Positions 61,618 through 64,000 of a stretch of DNA of 64,000 nucleotides are shown in pieces (position 1 is the first letter of the stretch; every line of letters starts with the position of its first letter). The stretch comes from Paecilomyces variotii (lineage: Eukaryota). Under the pieces are notes generated by a model. That model had not been told where the DNA came from. It was given only the letters and a program-made list of their open reading frames with translations, and did not search any database. Position numbers and translations under genes: made by a program. The stretch lies in NCBI GenBank assembly GCA_004022145.1, contig RCNU01000015.1; one strand, 5' to 3'.

Positions 61618-64000
61618 TCACGCATCCTCATTCTCAACCTTGATCATCGTTTCTCGGCTCTCCTCATCGTCCTCTTCTTCTTGAATCACGCTCAGTTCCA
61701 TCTCTGTGGTGGGGCGGATATCCCCGGCGGGTTCGACAGATTGTCGTGCATCCGTGAAGTCTGTCTCTGCAGTCGCCGAACGTTCCCTGGTGTTGCGTTC
61801 GGCCTCCTTCATGGCCCGCATGGTGAGGATCTTCAGGACGGAGTTCTTGACCTTTACGAGGGCGTTTCTGCTGGAGGCATCCACTGCGACATTCTCCTCA
61901 ATGGCCTCGTCGAGGAGCTCCTTGGTTTCCTCTGCAAGCTTGGCTTGATCGGCATCGATCTCAGTCGTAGCACTGCGTGTGCTGGAGCGGAATGGATCTT
62001 CACCCTCAGGTGCACGAGAGCCAGCACGCGAGCCAGCTCTCGAGGACGCCGCCGGTGCCGAGGGTGGTGCAATATGCACCTTGCTTACAATCGAAAACAA
62101 CAGTTTCTTCTCTTCCCTTGTGCACTTCGGAGCACCTGCGCTTACTCCAAGAACGCGCTCTAGAATATCCTTCACCAGCGCCAAGTGCACAAAGCCGCAA
62201 GCACTGGAACTGGCCGCGCCTCCCGCGAGCACCCGTTCTCCTCCCAGGCCAACCACTCGTCGCTCATCAGTCCATTCAACAAGCATACCAACGACTCCGG
62301 TCATGAGAGCCTTGACTTCTCGCTCAGCGAGGCTCTCGTCGATGTCGCCATCGCTATCTTCCTCTGCTTCGAGAGAGAAGTACTCCTCTGCTGCGTGGAG
62401 AACCGCCCGGACTACCGGTACAGCTATCCGGCGCATATGCTCCGTGTTGGCCAGACGAGAATGGCAATAGACGGGGAAGAAGTAGGCAAGAGCCTGTCTC
62501 AGTGCAGGATTTTCCCGAGTTCGTGGGTGGAAGAACGAAACCACCAGGGACTGTAGGAGGGTCTCGATGGCAGACTCGTTCAGTTCTTTGATAGCAGGGG
62601 GGATATTAGGTCCAGAGGGCGAGAAAGTGTTGGTGAGCAGAAGCTTCGAAAGAGCTGTGGCTGCAGAAGTCTGAACCGAGGCTGGCGAATTGGCTTTCAG
62701 GGCCCTTGAAAACGCCTTCAAGAGTGATTTCTGGAAAACCGGCGGGGATACAGTGTCGCCATCCGGCTGAGCAACAGGAAGAAGCAGGGTGGGATGGGTC
62801 GTGAGCATGTCCGAAAGGATTTGTAGCGCGGTCACTTGGAGAGCTTCGTGTCCCTTGCTATAGCAATGGATAAAGAGAATCATGTTCTCTTCTGCGAGGG
62901 TCTACAAGACAAGTCAGCCTGCGAAATGGAGAATAATGGTTATTAGGTACGTACCTTGTCAAGTAGACAGCAGAGACCCAAACATTCCAGTCCCCTTTCT
63001 CTGATAGGCGCTTCATGACTCCGAACAGCCGGAACCACGAGGTTATTCAACATGGTGACTAAATGCATGTTCTTCTGCAGATTGCCCTCCACATTTTGGA
63101 GCATGCACTGGGCGATATGCAGGCACTTCATGTTGATAACGATCTCTCGGAGAATCTTAGCCTTGGCCTGTTCTTTATCGAAAGGCTGATCAGGAGTCTC
63201 GGATCGATGACGGCTTGAAGCATCGTCACTCAGTTCAGACTTGGCGGAAACGAAGCTATCCTCCGTCATGATATTATCGTGGACCTCTGCAACTGCTTCA
63301 AGAACCACACCGCAGAACTCGCTTTCTCCCGCAGCATCGGGCCCACAGACGGCTCTCAAGACTTCCACTGTGAGCTTCGTGCACTCTTCAGGCAAGTCTG
63401 CAACGGCCAGTGTCTCCCGTAGAAGCGAGAACATCTTCCGCCTTCCGACTTCATCACTGTAGTCCAAAGTGAGAGCGATATGAAGGAGCTGTTCAACGAT
63501 AAATTCATTCTCCACCGTGTCTTCCTCATTACCCTCGCCCATCTCCTTGGCATTTTTGATCTTCTCCAGGAGGGCTGTAGTGTATTTCGATAAGAAATAA
63601 GCCAGAGCTGTCACTTCTGGCATCTTCTCATCGCCCAGGGATTCGTATTTTCCGTCGTTCTCCAGTCGGCAGAAATCATTGAAGCTGCGCGCCAGAAACG
63701 CGGATTCCGCAGTAAGCGTATCCCAGAACGCTTCATCAAAGAGAATCTCTTCTCGATAATCAGGGCGACCTTCCCAGAAGCTCTTCATCGCTTCGTGCGC
63801 AACACCGCCCTCCATACCGGAGTTGATCACGTCGATTCTCTCCAGCAGCTCCAAGAGCGCGGAAAGATTTGGAGGCGACAGCTGGCCCACTGGGCCTCCT
63901 TGTTCCGCATCATCTCTCTTCCCAGCACAGTCTTCGATCCATCGCTCATAAAATAGTTTGCCCGCCGCTTTCTTAACATTATCGTCACGGTCTCGAAGAC
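61618..64000 (-). CDS. cnd3: Condensin non-SMC subunit Cnd3/Ycg1 (NCAPG); 5' end outside window
   Basis: LDYSDEVGRRKMFSLLRE, MLNNLVVPAVRSHEAPIRERGLECLGLCCLLDK|TLAEENM and FFHPRTRENPALRQALAYFFPVYCHS. Confidence 0.93.

Overview
Intron-containing nuclear DNA of a filamentous ascomycete; gene content and intron style point to Eurotiales (Aspergillus/Paecilomyces/Talaromyces relatives). Conserved housekeeping genes (CFIm25, Ste23 insulinase, dephospho-CoA kinase, Mpp6-like, complex I zinc-finger subunit, YjbQ, F-box, inositol 5-phosphatase, CHY finger, Pre6, Nrp1-like, Cnd3/Ycg1) alternate with accessory patches. The patches hold a secreted lipase, an NLP-like protein, a GFA protein, an intronless alpha/beta hydrolase, an intradiol dioxygenase beside a Baeyer-Villiger monooxygenase, two intact Aim9/APH-like phosphotransferases plus a relic of a third, a kinase with a damaged splice donor, and several broken genes (5'-truncated GH27, FAD oxidase, Myb/SANT, HNH, two RIP-like fragments). 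The most striking unexplained signal is a set of short arrays of mixed NNTA tetramers (CCTA, GGTA, ACTA, GTTA, AGTA, CATA) at the edges and breakpoints of these patches. In three places comparisons inside the window suggest such units were inserted at a TA site, which fits stacked excision footprints of TA-targeting DNA transposons; this is an inference. No intact transposon, tRNA, rRNA or CRISPR array was recognised. Exon boundaries were read by eye and family assignments rest on recalled motifs, not database searches.
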